Source: Deferribacteres bacterium
GTDB lineage: Bacteria; Zhuqueibacterota; Zhuqueibacteria; Zhuqueibacterales; Geothermadaptataceae
Reading direction: 5' to 3'
DNA length: 64,000 nt
Assembly (NCBI GenBank): GCA_020633655.1
Contig: JACKDF010000001.1
Location: forward strand, 264,700 to 328,699
The notes beneath the pieces were generated by a model. It worked only from the letters and a program-made list of their open reading frames with translations. It ran no database searches and had not been told where the DNA came from. Made by a program: the position numbers and the translations under genes. This document shows positions 1 to 9,631 of the stretch, piece by piece (position 1 is the stretch's first letter; every line of letters begins with the position of its first letter).

Positions 1-173
1 GCAAAAAGTGTATTTTCCGGCCACAAACCGCGCCCGCCGCGGTGGGCAATAACCAGGGGTTCTTTTTTTGCCGTAAAATAATGCGGTGGAATTCGCAGCA
101 TCCAAATACGAATTGAAAGAACGATTGCGATAGCTAATATGACAACAACAAACCACAAAATGGAGGACAACAT
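1..173 (-). CDS. glycerophosphodiester phosphodiesterase family protein, N-terminal fragment (gene continues past left edge)
   Basis: Absent from the ORF track because it is under 60 aa inside the window. The minus-strand ATG at 173 gives MLSSILWFVVVILAIAIVLSIRIWMLRIPPHYFTAKKEPLVIAHRGGRGLWPENTLF. That is a TM anchor followed by the GDPD hallmark IAHRGG...PENT. It lies 28 bp downstream of the TraB-family gene on the same strand. Confidence 0.6.
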   Translation of the reverse strand, partial: MLSSILWFVVVILAIAIVLSIRIWMLRIPPHYFTAKKEPLVIAHRGGRGLWPENTLF

Positions 174-201
174 AGTGTAGGACGACTTCCTTACAGACCT
201 T

Positions 202-1395
202 TTAAAATAAGTTTGAAAAAATTTCCATTGCTCCCACCCAGGTTCCCACTATACTTCCAATACCAGACAAGAGAAACACCAAAAAAATGCGCAATAGTTT
301 ATTCTGCCACCAGCGCGGAAATGAGCCAAAGTCTTTACTCACCGTTTGAAATTCCCGCACAACTGGAGGACGAAAATAAGCTTGCACAAATGCAGTAACA
401 TAGCCCGCACCGATCAATGGCGTCAGACTTGTAAATGGTGCAGCAATGAATGCTGTGATTATTGTTATTGGATGACCGAGCGCCACAATTGTGCCGATCA
501 TGCTCGGCAATCCATTGGCAATAATCCAGAATAATGCGTTATCCCCCGCCGCTTCAGGGCCTTTTTGAAATCCGATATAAACGATCGAACCGACGATCAA
601 AGCGGGTATGCCCCATCCAATAATTTTCCACATGGGAGAAATGGGCGGAATGACTTCGATTTGAGCAAGATCGATCGGTTTATGATTCTGCAGCGCATGA
701 ACAATGCCCTTCACATGGCCGGCACCAACAACGGCAACAATTTTTTCTCCCTCGGCGGCAAGAATATTTTGGGTTAAATAAGTGTCACGTTCATCGATCA
801 GGACTCGTTTGAGCACCGGCATGGCTTCACCCAGTTCCTGCATCAAATCATTGAGAACGTCTTTTTGTTTTATTTCTTTAAGCTGCGCTTCGGAGATATC
901 CGGATTTTCTAAAACGCCAACCAGCCCGCTTGACATGAACTGCATTTTTTTGAAAAAGGACATGCTGTTCCATGCTCGCCGTAAAGTGATGCGCACGTCA
1001 CGGTCACAAAGCTTAATCGGAATGCTGTGTTCTTCAGCTACTTTTGTCGCTTCGAGCAGCTCCAGGCCGGGTACAACACCCAACTTTTCCCCCAAACGTT
1101 TTTGATACGAGCCAAGAAGCAAATTAACCAGCAGTGTCGCCAGTTGTTTTTGTCGAATAATCGTTTTAAGATCGAGTTCTTCCCAGCGTTGTTTCTGTGC
1201 CAATGCCTTGTGGCGTTTTTCATCCAACTCAACACAAACACAATCCGGTTTTTCATTTTCAATTACTTCACGAACCAGGTCCGCACTTTCCTGAGAAATG
1301 TGTGCTGTTCCAACAATGATAAACTCACGGTGTCCGACAGTTAAGGTTTGCACATCACTCGGATATTCTCGCCGGGGACGTTCACTGCTGTGCAT
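202..1395 (-). CDS. TraB/GumN family protein
   Basis: 397-aa ORF. The N-terminal block IIVGTAHISQESADLVREVI...PDCVCVELD is typical of TraB/GumN proteins, and the C-terminal third is hydrophobic with multiple TM helices. An AAGGAG RBS lies about 11 nt upstream of the ATG. Confidence 0.85.
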   Translation of the reverse strand: MHSSERPRREYPSDVQTLTVGHREFIIVGTAHISQESADLVREVIENEKPDCVCVELDEKRHKALAQKQRWEELDLKTIIRQKQLATLLVNLLLGSYQKRLGEKLGVVPGLELLEATKVAEEHSIPIKLCDRDVRITLRRAWNSMSFFKKMQFMSSGLVGVLENPDISEAQLKEIKQKDVLNDLMQELGEAMPVLKRVLIDERDTYLTQNILAAEGEKIVAVVGAGHVKGIVHALQNHKPIDLAQIEVIPPISPMWKIIGWGIPALIVGSIVYIGFQKGPEAAGDNALFWIIANGLPSMIGTIVALGHPITIITAFIAAPFTSLTPLIGAGYVTAFVQAYFRPPVVREFQTVSKDFGSFPRWWQNKLLRIFLVFLLSGIGSIVGTWVGAMEIFSNLF

Positions 1396-1437
1396 TTGGT
1401 ATAAATCTCCTTCTCTTCAATTTATTTCAAGTAGCTG

Positions 1438-1445
1438 CAAAGATA
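1438..1445 (-). promoter_or_regulatory. candidate Bacteroidetes-type -7 promoter box (TATCTTTG = TAnnTTTG) for the TraB-family gene
   Basis: The minus strand reads TATCTTTG 42 nt upstream of the ATG at 1395. The identical octamer is found upstream of yhbY at 3121-3128. I found no convincing -33 TTTG. Confidence 0.3.
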
Positions 1446-1602
1446 GAATTTGGATTGGTTAAATGAAATAGATTTTTAGAAATTCCAATAAATTCTTCAT
1501 TTATGAAAATTTATAGATTTCCATTGGATATTTGGTAAAAACTTGATATATATTCAGCTCACAAATTTGCAGTTTAAAACAGAGTAAAACCGACCTTATA
1601 TA

Positions 1603-2505
1603 ATGTATAAATTTGCCCCTTTTTTTGTTGTTCTTGCCGCCGTTCTCTGGGGAGTTGATGGAATTATACTACGTCCGGCTTTGTATGGTTTACCCGTTGC
1701 GCTGGTCGTTTTTTTAGAAACGACCTCCGTGAGCTTAATACTTACTCCCTTCCTTTTTCGCAAGCTAAAAGCGGTTAAAAACCTGCAGCTTATGGATTTT
1801 TTAGCTTTTTTTGTCGTCGCGGCAATTGGTGGTGTTGCCGGAATCATGGCGATTACAAAAGCTTTGTTTTACGTCAACTACATCAATCTTTCCATCGTCG
1901 TGTTGATTCAAAAATTACAGCCGGTGTTCGCTATTGTTCTGGCAGCACTCCTACTGCGGGAAAAACCATCACCACAATTTATTCTATGGGCGATTCTTGC
2001 AATTGGCGGCGCTTATTTGATGACTTTTGGCCTCACATTGCCCAATTTTCACACTGGCGATAAAACGACAGAAGCTGCCGGCTATGCACTCCTCGCAGCA
2101 GCATCGTTTGGTTGCTCAACGGTCTTCAGTAAACGTGCACTGAAAAATGTTGAGTTTGAGTTTGCGACCTATTTTCGTTTTCTAATTGCCAGTACAATTT
2201 CCTTTATTATTGTCCTTTTTATGGGATATCTGCCAGAGATTCCTACCATTTCCAAAAGCCAATGGAGCGTATTGGCTACAATCGTCATGACAATTGGTGT
2301 TCCAGCAGTTTTTCTTTATTATTACGGCCTTAAGCGCATCAAGGCCAGTGTCGCAACCATTTGTGAACTGGCCTTCCCGATGACGGCAGTTATTCTGGAA
2401 TATTTCGTACACGAAAAACTCCTGAGTTGGATACAATGGCTCGGGGTCTTCCTTCTTTTACTCAGTATAATACGTGTAACCCGCATGCAGCACAAAAGAC
2501 GTTAA
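1603..2505 (+). CDS. EamA/DMT-family transporter
   Basis: 300-aa ORF that is almost entirely hydrophobic. About 10 predicted TM helices fall into two similar halves, which is the EamA-repeat architecture. It is transcribed divergently from the TraB-family gene. Confidence 0.8.
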   Translation: MYKFAPFFVVLAAVLWGVDGIILRPALYGLPVALVVFLETTSVSLILTPFLFRKLKAVKNLQLMDFLAFFVVAAIGGVAGIMAITKALFYVNYINLSIVVLIQKLQPVFAIVLAALLLREKPSPQFILWAILAIGGAYLMTFGLTLPNFHTGDKTTEAAGYALLAAASFGCSTVFSKRALKNVEFEFATYFRFLIASTISFIIVLFMGYLPEIPTISKSQWSVLATIVMTIGVPAVFLYYYGLKRIKASVATICELAFPMTAVILEYFVHEKLLSWIQWLGVFLLLLSIIRVTRMQHKRR

Positions 2506-2525
2506 TTAAAGTTGGAGAATGCGGT

Positions 2526-2765
2526 ATGTCGAAGAATATTCCAGATCGTCACAAAATGACGAGTTTTATCCAGGAAGAACTTGGTGCTTTATTACGGGCA
2601 ACTAGGGAAGATAAGGGCATCTCTATTGCTCAGGCGGCTGAAATGCTGGGGACGACTGAAGAGGAAATTATCAAAATCGAAAAAAATATTGGTCTAATCC
2701 CCCTGAGCCTTATTCAACGATATGCTGACGTACTCGGTAAAAAACTTCAGCTCAAATTTCTGTAA
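2526..2765 (+). CDS. XRE-family helix-turn-helix transcriptional regulator (79 aa)
   Basis: The ORF-track entry 2427..2765 overlaps the transporter gene. The internal ATG at 2526 follows a GGAG at 2513-2516. The sequence LRATREDKGISIAQAAEMLGTTEEEIIKIEKN is a classic XRE/Cro HTH. Confidence 0.75.
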   Translation: MSKNIPDRHKMTSFIQEELGALLRATREDKGISIAQAAEMLGTTEEEIIKIEKNIGLIPLSLIQRYADVLGKKLQLKFL

Positions 2766-2773
2766 ACGAAATA

Positions 2774-3073
2774 TCAATCGGGTAAAACTATCTCCGGTTC
2801 TTCATCATTCTGCTTATAAAGTAAAATCGTTCGGCCGATCACTTGTACCAATTCTGACGCTGCCGCTTCTGCTAAAATATCCCCTGCTTTTTTTCGGTTA
2901 TCGAGGTATCCATCCTGCAATCGAATTTTTACCAATTCCGAAGTCTGAAATGCCTCATTTATCGATTGAATTACGGATTCAGTAATGCCATTCTGGCCAA
3001 TAAAAACAGTCGATTTCACCTGATTTCCCAATCCCCGAAGATAACGTTTTTGTTTTCCGCTTAATTCGCTCAT
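2774..3073 (-). CDS. yhbY: ribosome assembly RNA-binding protein YhbY (CRM domain)
   Basis: LSGKQKRYLRGLGNQVKSTVFIGQNGITESVIQSINEAFQTSELVKIRL aligns along its length with E. coli YhbY as I remember it. The track start at 3094 is a TTG. The ATG at 3073 has a GGAAGGA RBS 5 nt upstream and gives about 99 aa, the usual YhbY size. Confidence 0.85.
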   Translation of the reverse strand: MSELSGKQKRYLRGLGNQVKSTVFIGQNGITESVIQSINEAFQTSELVKIRLQDGYLDNRKKAGDILAEAAASELVQVIGRTILLYKQNDEEPEIVLPD

Positions 3074-3100
3074 ATATCCTTCCATATCTTTCAAATTGAC

Positions 3101-3129
3101 CTATCTTTCAAAAAAGAGTGCAAAGATAG
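3101..3129. promoter_or_regulatory. perfect 8-bp inverted repeat CTATCTTT-N13-AAAGATAG in the yhbY upstream region (contains minus-strand TATCTTTG box)
   Basis: 3101-3108 CTATCTTT and 3122-3129 AAAGATAG are exact reverse complements. The minus-strand TATCTTTG at 3128-3121 matches TAnnTTTG. The repeat is either a promoter, an operator, or a 5-prime leader hairpin. Confidence 0.3.
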
Positions 3130-3630
3130 CTGCTTGGTGTCTCCTTTCCAATGAAAAAATCAACATGCAATACAGAAAAACGGCATATTTGTGGAAATGC
3201 GTGTAAATTTTAACAAATGGAAAATAGTTTCATTTTGAATCTTTCACAAACACAATCCGGCGAGGCATTTTTAGATGCAACTTTAAAATTTTCATTGATT
3301 TTTCGGTATTAATTTTCCATATTTGTAACCAGTATTTACATATCACTACATCCATTTCTAAAAACCAAAATGTTTTGCGCGCACGAAAAAAAAACAGACA
3401 CAGCAGGGTAGATTAGTAACAATGTTATAACAGCATCATATGTGCTTTTCCGGATTACCTGAAAGGAACTTTTTATTATTTCGGTCGGGTATAACTATCC
3501 GTCCTTAAGCGTCAATTGTTGAGCCAGAAACTTTGAAAACCGAATTAAAGACAGGTATGTCAATGTGGCTATAAAGTGATGAAAGCGTTCAATTTAATGC
3601 CACAACTTAACTCCCACCAGGAAAAATAAT

Positions 3631-6537
3631 ATGCATAGAGGATTTTACGCACTCAAACATCAGAGATTAAGCATGCGCCATTTTTTTATACTGACGTTCA
3701 TTGCGTTATGCCTTCCGAGTTTTGCACTTGCCTGGCAAACACCGGAATGGCAGGATGGAACACCGGCTTTCACCAAAATTGATTCCAGCAGTTTTGTTGC
3801 CATCGGTTCAACCGTCACATTGCAAAGCATCAATACCACGAATTCTAATGCCAATACAATGCAACAAATTTTGACCGGTGGATTGGGTTATATCGACACC
3901 GTCGTCGTCGAAAACATTGATTTTCCCGTTGATTTTAATAAAGTTCCGATTCCCAATACGGACATTTACCTGGTAACCGATGCGAACAGACGGAAAGTAT
4001 ATGCAATAAATTCGGATCACCAGGCTGTCACCTCCTTTGGTTCTGATAAAGTTTCAGATCCAGCTTATTTATCAGCTCCTGTAAGAGCACGTGCTTTTGA
4101 TGGGAGTCCAATCGGCATGTTTAGCGGGATGCTGGTAACGGATGCTGGTAATGACAAAGTATTGATGTTCAACTATCTCGAGAGTAAGTTGGTTTGGACA
4201 TACGATTCGGGTTTGAATGAGCCAGCCGCAGCAATAACAGTGGTCGATAGTTCCCGTATCATAATTTGCGATAAAGGCAATTCGCGTATCGTATTTTTAA
4301 GCATGACCCCTGATACAGCAACTTTTCTGCGTTCAGGTGGAAACAGCATTTTATCAGAACCGGTTGACGTTGAATATCGTCCCGGGCAACTACTTGTCAC
4401 TGACAAATCGAAACATGCCGTATATATTTTACGCGAAACGGATTTTGGTATTATCCAGCAATTCGGCGTTGATGACGAAGCTGGTGCTGGTGCGACACAT
4501 TTGAATGAACCAGTTGATGCGCAATTTTTGACCAACGGTAATGTCCTTATCGCCGATGCAGGCAATAATCGCATTATCGAAGTCAACATGGCACTTGGTA
4601 CAATCGTTTGGGAATTCATTCCACGTATTCCGAAAATCCTTTCAGCAACCCGGCAATCGAATAATCAAATGTTAGTTGTCAGTGATCGAAATGTACTCAT
4701 CATGGGCTACAAAACTCGGGATTTCGAGCTGGGGGCTGCACGTGATTTGGGCAGAGAAGTCGACTTTGATTCACTTACATTCAACGCTGATCTTGAGGAT
4801 GGGACCACTATTCGTTTCCAAATGCGCACATCGCTTACCTTATCAGAATTAAATGTTGCTGAATGGCTGGGTCCGGACAGTACATCAAATACATGGTATG
4901 AAGAGGACAATACGAACCTTGCAAATGTGCACGATGGGAAAAGATTTTTCCAGCTGAAAGTTGAAATGGCGACGAACAGCCCCCTCAGCACGGCACGGCT
5001 CAATAATATCGCGGTGCATTATCACTATTTTGATACTGAAGCTGAGGGTCGCATCTTAACCGAGGTCATTGCAGATACTGCAGAAAACACGATCACCAGT
5101 TGGCAAAGATTGCGTGGCAAAACCATCCTGCCTGTCAATGCCGCTGATCGGGATGAAATCTCACTTGAAATTTTTATTGTTAATGCGGATAACAACGAAC
5201 CTGTTTACAATTTCAGGGTTGTGAATGTTGATACAATTTTTAATGAAGTATTAACCAATATCCCCACACTTGCTTCTGTTGGCCGAATTCGTCTTGAAGC
5301 AATTTTCAACACAAACAATACGGCTGTTGCCCCCATCCTTACGGAATGGTCTCTCGATTGGGAAACCGAAGCATCACTTGCTTCCAATATTCGGTTTGTT
5401 GACAAGCAAGGTACAAGTGACGTTGAGGTTGTACGGCTTAGCCCGGACATCGCTTTCGGTGAATCCAATGTTATTTTTGTCTTCCTGCAAGACCAAAATC
5501 TGGCGCTGCGATCCGTACCACGCATCAAAGTTGGTTTGCATGCTTTGCAAAGTGGTGATTTAGACTCGCTGCAATTAACAAGAAACGGTGTTTCAAATGA
5601 ATATATAACCAGCATCGGCATGCCAGGGGTCATTCGCGAAACTGCCGGTACCAATAATGGATTACTCGAACTCCACAACGGTGATACACTTGTTGTGCGT
5701 TATGTTGATCCGATAGATCCAAATGATGTTTCGACGGATTCTGTACTCGTCGTCCAAAGAACCCGTGCCATCCTGACCGTTGAAACACAAAATGGGCCCG
5801 TAAATACAGAAATCAATCAACGCATTCTTCCCTCTGACTCCCTGTATCTCCATGTCATTAATGAAGGAGACCATGATCTCTCTCCTGCACGGGATAGCAT
5901 CTATGCTGAAGTATTTGACAACACGACAAAAGACTTTGAAACCGTACTGCTTTATGAAGTGCCAAATCAAAATGATCCCAATGTATATCGCACAGGTATT
6001 TTTCATAGTCGAAGAGGCTTGGGTATCGCTACAAATCAAGGAACGCGAATCGAAAATGGCCGTCTGGAAACATTGCGTGGTGATTTATTTACAGCACAAT
6101 ACATCGATATTGACACAACGGATGTCTTCTTGTACATGCTTCCACCCGACACTTCCGAAGTCCCCGTTGATGGGCCAGGTGCTTTCAATTTATTATTCGC
6201 TCCCAATCCCTATAAATCGAATTCCGGCGAAACGATGCGCATGCGCATCGAAGCATATACTGGTAGCTTGACTCTGAATAAGATAGAAATTTATAACCTG
6301 GCTGGAGAGTTGGTGAAATCACTCGATGCCGGTGTTTTCGGATTGGACCATGGTGCAAGTATTACCAGCAAAACAAGATCGACGAGTTCTGGCAGATGGT
6401 GGGATTTTACAGACCAATATGGCAATCAAGTAAGCAGCGGTACCTATTTCGCACGACTGGTCGGGCGTTTTACCGATGAACTGACAATGCGAACGGAAGA
6501 TGTCACATTTCTCAGAAAATTCGTGATTGTGCGCTAA
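3631..6537 (+). CDS. large secreted NHL-repeat beta-propeller protein with T9SS/FlgD-Ig-like C-terminal domain
   Basis: A signal peptide is present (FFILTFIALCLPSFALA). There are at least four NHL-type blades: LVTDAGNDKVLMFN, IICDKGNSRIVFL, LVTDKSKHAVYIL and LIADAGNNRIIEVN. The C-terminal ~90 aa (FAPNPYKSNSGETMRM...IEIYNLAGELVKSL...SGTYFARLV) has the pattern of T9SS type-A sorting/FlgD-Ig domains. Confidence 0.75.
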   Translation: MHRGFYALKHQRLSMRHFFILTFIALCLPSFALAWQTPEWQDGTPAFTKIDSSSFVAIGSTVTLQSINTTNSNANTMQQILTGGLGYIDTVVVENIDFPVDFNKVPIPNTDIYLVTDANRRKVYAINSDHQAVTSFGSDKVSDPAYLSAPVRARAFDGSPIGMFSGMLVTDAGNDKVLMFNYLESKLVWTYDSGLNEPAAAITVVDSSRIIICDKGNSRIVFLSMTPDTATFLRSGGNSILSEPVDVEYRPGQLLVTDKSKHAVYILRETDFGIIQQFGVDDEAGAGATHLNEPVDAQFLTNGNVLIADAGNNRIIEVNMALGTIVWEFIPRIPKILSATRQSNNQMLVVSDRNVLIMGYKTRDFELGAARDLGREVDFDSLTFNADLEDGTTIRFQMRTSLTLSELNVAEWLGPDSTSNTWYEEDNTNLANVHDGKRFFQLKVEMATNSPLSTARLNNIAVHYHYFDTEAEGRILTEVIADTAENTITSWQRLRGKTILPVNAADRDEISLEIFIVNADNNEPVYNFRVVNVDTIFNEVLTNIPTLASVGRIRLEAIFNTNNTAVAPILTEWSLDWETEASLASNIRFVDKQGTSDVEVVRLSPDIAFGESNVIFVFLQDQNLALRSVPRIKVGLHALQSGDLDSLQLTRNGVSNEYITSIGMPGVIRETAGTNNGLLELHNGDTLVVRYVDPIDPNDVSTDSVLVVQRTRAILTVETQNGPVNTEINQRILPSDSLYLHVINEGDHDLSPARDSIYAEVFDNTTKDFETVLLYEVPNQNDPNVYRTGIFHSRRGLGIATNQGTRIENGRLETLRGDLFTAQYIDIDTTDVFLYMLPPDTSEVPVDGPGAFNLLFAPNPYKSNSGETMRMRIEAYTGSLTLNKIEIYNLAGELVKSLDAGVFGLDHGASITSKTRSTSSGRWWDFTDQYGNQVSSGTYFARLVGRFTDELTMRTEDVTFLRKFVIVR

Positions 6538-6557
6538 AAGATCAACAAAGGTTTATC

Positions 6558-8489
6558 ATGAAAAGAATAGAAAACAGGATTTTCAAATATATGAAAACAG
6601 CAGGAAAAGCTCGACTCCCATACATTCTCCTTGTTGGTGTATTGTTCATTTTGCACGATTCTGCAAGCGCACAAGTCCCATTTTTGCGTATCAGCCCAAA
6701 CGCCCGCCAGGTTGGTATGGGTGAAGCGTTTACAGGTATGGCCAATGACTACAACCTATTGCGTTACAATGTCGGTGGTCTTGGCCTGTTGCGCAAAGCG
6801 AAGTTGGCAACAAATTTTCATAATTGGATCGGTGATACAAAACAAGGCGATTTTGAATTTTCCGTCCCCCTGTTCTGGGGAGTGGGTGCCTTCGGTCTCA
6901 CCTATTTCAGTCATGGCGATATAGAAGATCTCAATGCGGATTTTGAAAAATTGGCCACCACGACCTCGCCAAATGATATTATGCTCTCTTTTGGCTACGG
7001 TATGGAAGCAAACGTAAGGAGCCGCAAGCTTTCATTTGGCGCCGGCGGAAAACTGATTCGGCAAGATTTAGCGGGAGAATCAGCCAGTGCCATCGGCGTT
7101 GATGTCGGTGCAATTTACCAACTCAAATACCTTTCCTTTGGGGCTACATTTCAAAATTTCACTGTAACAAAACTGAAATTCATCGAGAGGTCAGAATTAC
7201 TGCCTGAAACTTTGCGTGCTGGTATTGGTGTCCGCATTCCCTTTGCAAAAAAATATAGATGGAATCTTGCCGCCGATATTGCCAAAGTGCGTGCAGAAAA
7301 TGATTACCGGTATTACACTGGAACAGAAGTGGATTTCGGCAAAACTCTAAAAGTGCGTGGCGGATATAAATGGCATGATCTTGAAGCGTCGCGGTGGGCA
7401 GTTGGTTTTGGGCTCAACATGCCAATGGAATGGCTCTCGAATGCAAGTACCGAAATTGATTATGCTTTCTCACCACTGGATAATTTTGATGAATTTGCCC
7501 ATCGATTCTCGTTAACCTTTACATTCAACAATTTGACTGCACGTCGATTCACCCCGATCAATACAGACGAATTGACACGATTGGAAGAACAGCTTGGAGA
7601 CGAACTGCTCGCCATACAGGAAGCACGTCGACGGGCCGAGGAATCCGAAGAGCGTACAAAATTGCTCGAGGAAGAAATGCAACGCAGGTTGGAGCACATA
7701 AAACAAATTGCACTGACCTCCGAAGGGCAAATTGAAATTATCCCGGAAGGTACGGGGGATGGGAAAGGTTACGACCGTGTTCGCATGTCTCTTCGTATCA
7801 ACTTCGAATTCGACAGCTCGGAAATCCAGTCTTCACAATTCGCTACAATGAAAAAAGTAGCTGAGATACTGAATACGTACCCATCCTCCAAAGTTTGGAT
7901 TTCTGGACACACCGACAGCCTTGGAACCAACGTTTACAACATGGGGCTTTCGATGCGCAGAATGGGTTCTGTACAACAATATTTGTCCGGCCATGGCGTC
8001 AACGGAAGCCGCTTTTTCATGCCGGTGCCTTACGGCGAAGATCGACCGGTTGCAACAAATGCCAACGCAGCGGGCCAGCAGCGCAATCGTCGGGTTGACT
8101 TTACTATCTTTACCTCTGACCAGAAACCGGAAATTCCGGAGGGATCACTGGTACGTGATGTCGAAGCATTCAACGACTCAACATTCACAATTTTCTGTAA
8201 CGGCAAAGTTCAGTTTGAACTGGATGATTACAACAATCCTCCACGTGTCGTCATTGATCTACCAGGTATCTATTATCTGCGTGAGACTATGTCAAAGGAT
8301 ACTTTTGAACTCAATCGCGGCCTGGTAAAACGTGCACGGGTTGCTTACCACGAAGATGGTTTTACCCGTGTTGTTTTTGATCTTGTACGTCCAACTAAAT
8401 ACAGCGCCCGATTAGTGGATGATGCTATAGTTGTAACGATTTCGCCGGGTGGAAAAAGCGCTCCTGCTGATGTAACCCGGAAGCAATAA
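6558..8489 (+). CDS. outer-membrane fusion protein: PorV/PorQ-like beta-barrel + coiled coil + OmpA-C peptidoglycan-binding domain + AMIN domain
   Basis: A signal peptide ends in SASAQ. The N-terminal motif LRISPNARQVGMGEAFTGMANDYNLLRYN is shared with the PorV-like gene at 32386. An aromatic-rich barrel runs to about nt 7540, followed by a coiled coil (EEQLGDELLAIQEARRRAEESEERTKLLEEEMQRR). The OmpA-C block is NFEFDSSEI...ISGHTDSLGTNVYNMGLSMRRMGSV...NRRVDF (about 7795-8105). The AMIN-like block is NPPRVVIDLPG...TRVVFDL (about 8160-8450). The gene starts 21 nt after the NHL gene. Confidence 0.7.
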   Translation: MKRIENRIFKYMKTAGKARLPYILLVGVLFILHDSASAQVPFLRISPNARQVGMGEAFTGMANDYNLLRYNVGGLGLLRKAKLATNFHNWIGDTKQGDFEFSVPLFWGVGAFGLTYFSHGDIEDLNADFEKLATTTSPNDIMLSFGYGMEANVRSRKLSFGAGGKLIRQDLAGESASAIGVDVGAIYQLKYLSFGATFQNFTVTKLKFIERSELLPETLRAGIGVRIPFAKKYRWNLAADIAKVRAENDYRYYTGTEVDFGKTLKVRGGYKWHDLEASRWAVGFGLNMPMEWLSNASTEIDYAFSPLDNFDEFAHRFSLTFTFNNLTARRFTPINTDELTRLEEQLGDELLAIQEARRRAEESEERTKLLEEEMQRRLEHIKQIALTSEGQIEIIPEGTGDGKGYDRVRMSLRINFEFDSSEIQSSQFATMKKVAEILNTYPSSKVWISGHTDSLGTNVYNMGLSMRRMGSVQQYLSGHGVNGSRFFMPVPYGEDRPVATNANAAGQQRNRRVDFTIFTSDQKPEIPEGSLVRDVEAFNDSTFTIFCNGKVQFELDDYNNPPRVVIDLPGIYYLRETMSKDTFELNRGLVKRARVAYHEDGFTRVVFDLVRPTKYSARLVDDAIVVTISPGGKSAPADVTRKQ

Positions 8490-9398
8490 TTAGCCGAGTA
8501 TTCTTTTCCCCATTGCACTCAGAATGAGATGCGAAGCCAGCCTGGCAGTCTGGTTTTTCGTATCAAGGATTGGATTTACTTCCACCATCTCCAAAGAAAC
8601 CATTTGTTTTGACCGGGCAATGGCTTCCATTATAACATGGGCTTCCCGCATGGTAAGCCCACCTTCCACCGGCGTACCAACCCCGGGAGCAGCAACAGGA
8701 TCAAGGGCATCGATATCAAAGCTTACATGAAATCCTGCTGTCCCATTCGAAGCATATTCGATAGCTTCAATCATAATCTCATGAATGCCACGCCGATCAA
8801 TTTCTGACATTGTATAAACTGCGATACCAGAATTTTTTATGTGCTCCCGTTCTCTCTTGTCGATATCCCGTGCTCCCACCAAAACAGCATTCTCCGGATT
8901 GATTTTCGTATAACGACCACCTATGCTCGTCAACTCAGGGGCGCCTTTACCGAGCAAAACGGCGAATGGCATACCATGAATATTTCCCGACGGCGTGCTC
9001 TCTTCTGTATTCATATCCCCATGTGCATCCACCCAAATAAGACCAATTTTCTGACCTTTTTCTTTGAAATATGCCGCAGATCCGCTCACGCTTCCGATCG
9101 CAATGGCGTGATCTCCACCCAGCACAACAGGAAAAGCACCTCGACTTAATGTATCTCGTACTGCTTCTGAGAGCTGCGTGCTCGCCTTACTGATTTCGGG
9201 CAAATATTTTAATTTTGGATTATCAATCGAAAGTATTTCGGGGATATCGACATGCAAATCTCCCTTGTCAACCACATCGATTCCTAATTTTATCAATTCC
9301 TTTTTTAGCCCGGCGATACGTATCGCGGCCGGCCCCATATCCACACCGCGATGGTCTGCGCCCAAATCAAGAGGCAAACCAATAAGTTCAACTTTCAT
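8490..9398 (-). CDS. rocF: arginase
   Basis: 302 aa with the ureohydrolase Mn-ligand blocks GGDHAIAIG, WVDAHGDMNT, SGNIHGMP (arginase-specific) and SFDIDALDP. A GAGGA RBS is present. The stop codon abuts the stop of the convergent gene at 8489. Confidence 0.9.
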   Translation of the reverse strand: MKVELIGLPLDLGADHRGVDMGPAAIRIAGLKKELIKLGIDVVDKGDLHVDIPEILSIDNPKLKYLPEISKASTQLSEAVRDTLSRGAFPVVLGGDHAIAIGSVSGSAAYFKEKGQKIGLIWVDAHGDMNTEESTPSGNIHGMPFAVLLGKGAPELTSIGGRYTKINPENAVLVGARDIDKREREHIKNSGIAVYTMSEIDRRGIHEIMIEAIEYASNGTAGFHVSFDIDALDPVAAPGVGTPVEGGLTMREAHVIMEAIARSKQMVSLEMVEVNPILDTKNQTARLASHLILSAMGKRILG

Positions 9399-9631
9399 TT
9401 AAATCCTCACTATTTCGGATGTTTTTCAGAGGTGAAATTAATTTAACGAGACAAACGATTTCGTTCATTTTGCCCTTGCATTTCGATATTTATACGCTAA
9501 ATTACGCGTTTTTTTATTTCGAATACAGAGGCAATTTATAAAATCAATAAAATATTCTGCAAATACTTGCGCTGAAAGTACGTTTTGCTCTGGACAGGAA
9601 GTCTTATTGGTTAGTTAAAGGAATCTACATT

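Noticed and set aside
2427-2525. N-terminal 33-aa extension of the HTH regulator ORF, which overlaps the transporter gene.
   Set aside because: The extension overlaps the 3-prime end of the EamA gene in another frame and has no HTH-family content. The internal ATG at 2526 has a GGAG upstream and yields a normal-sized XRE protein.
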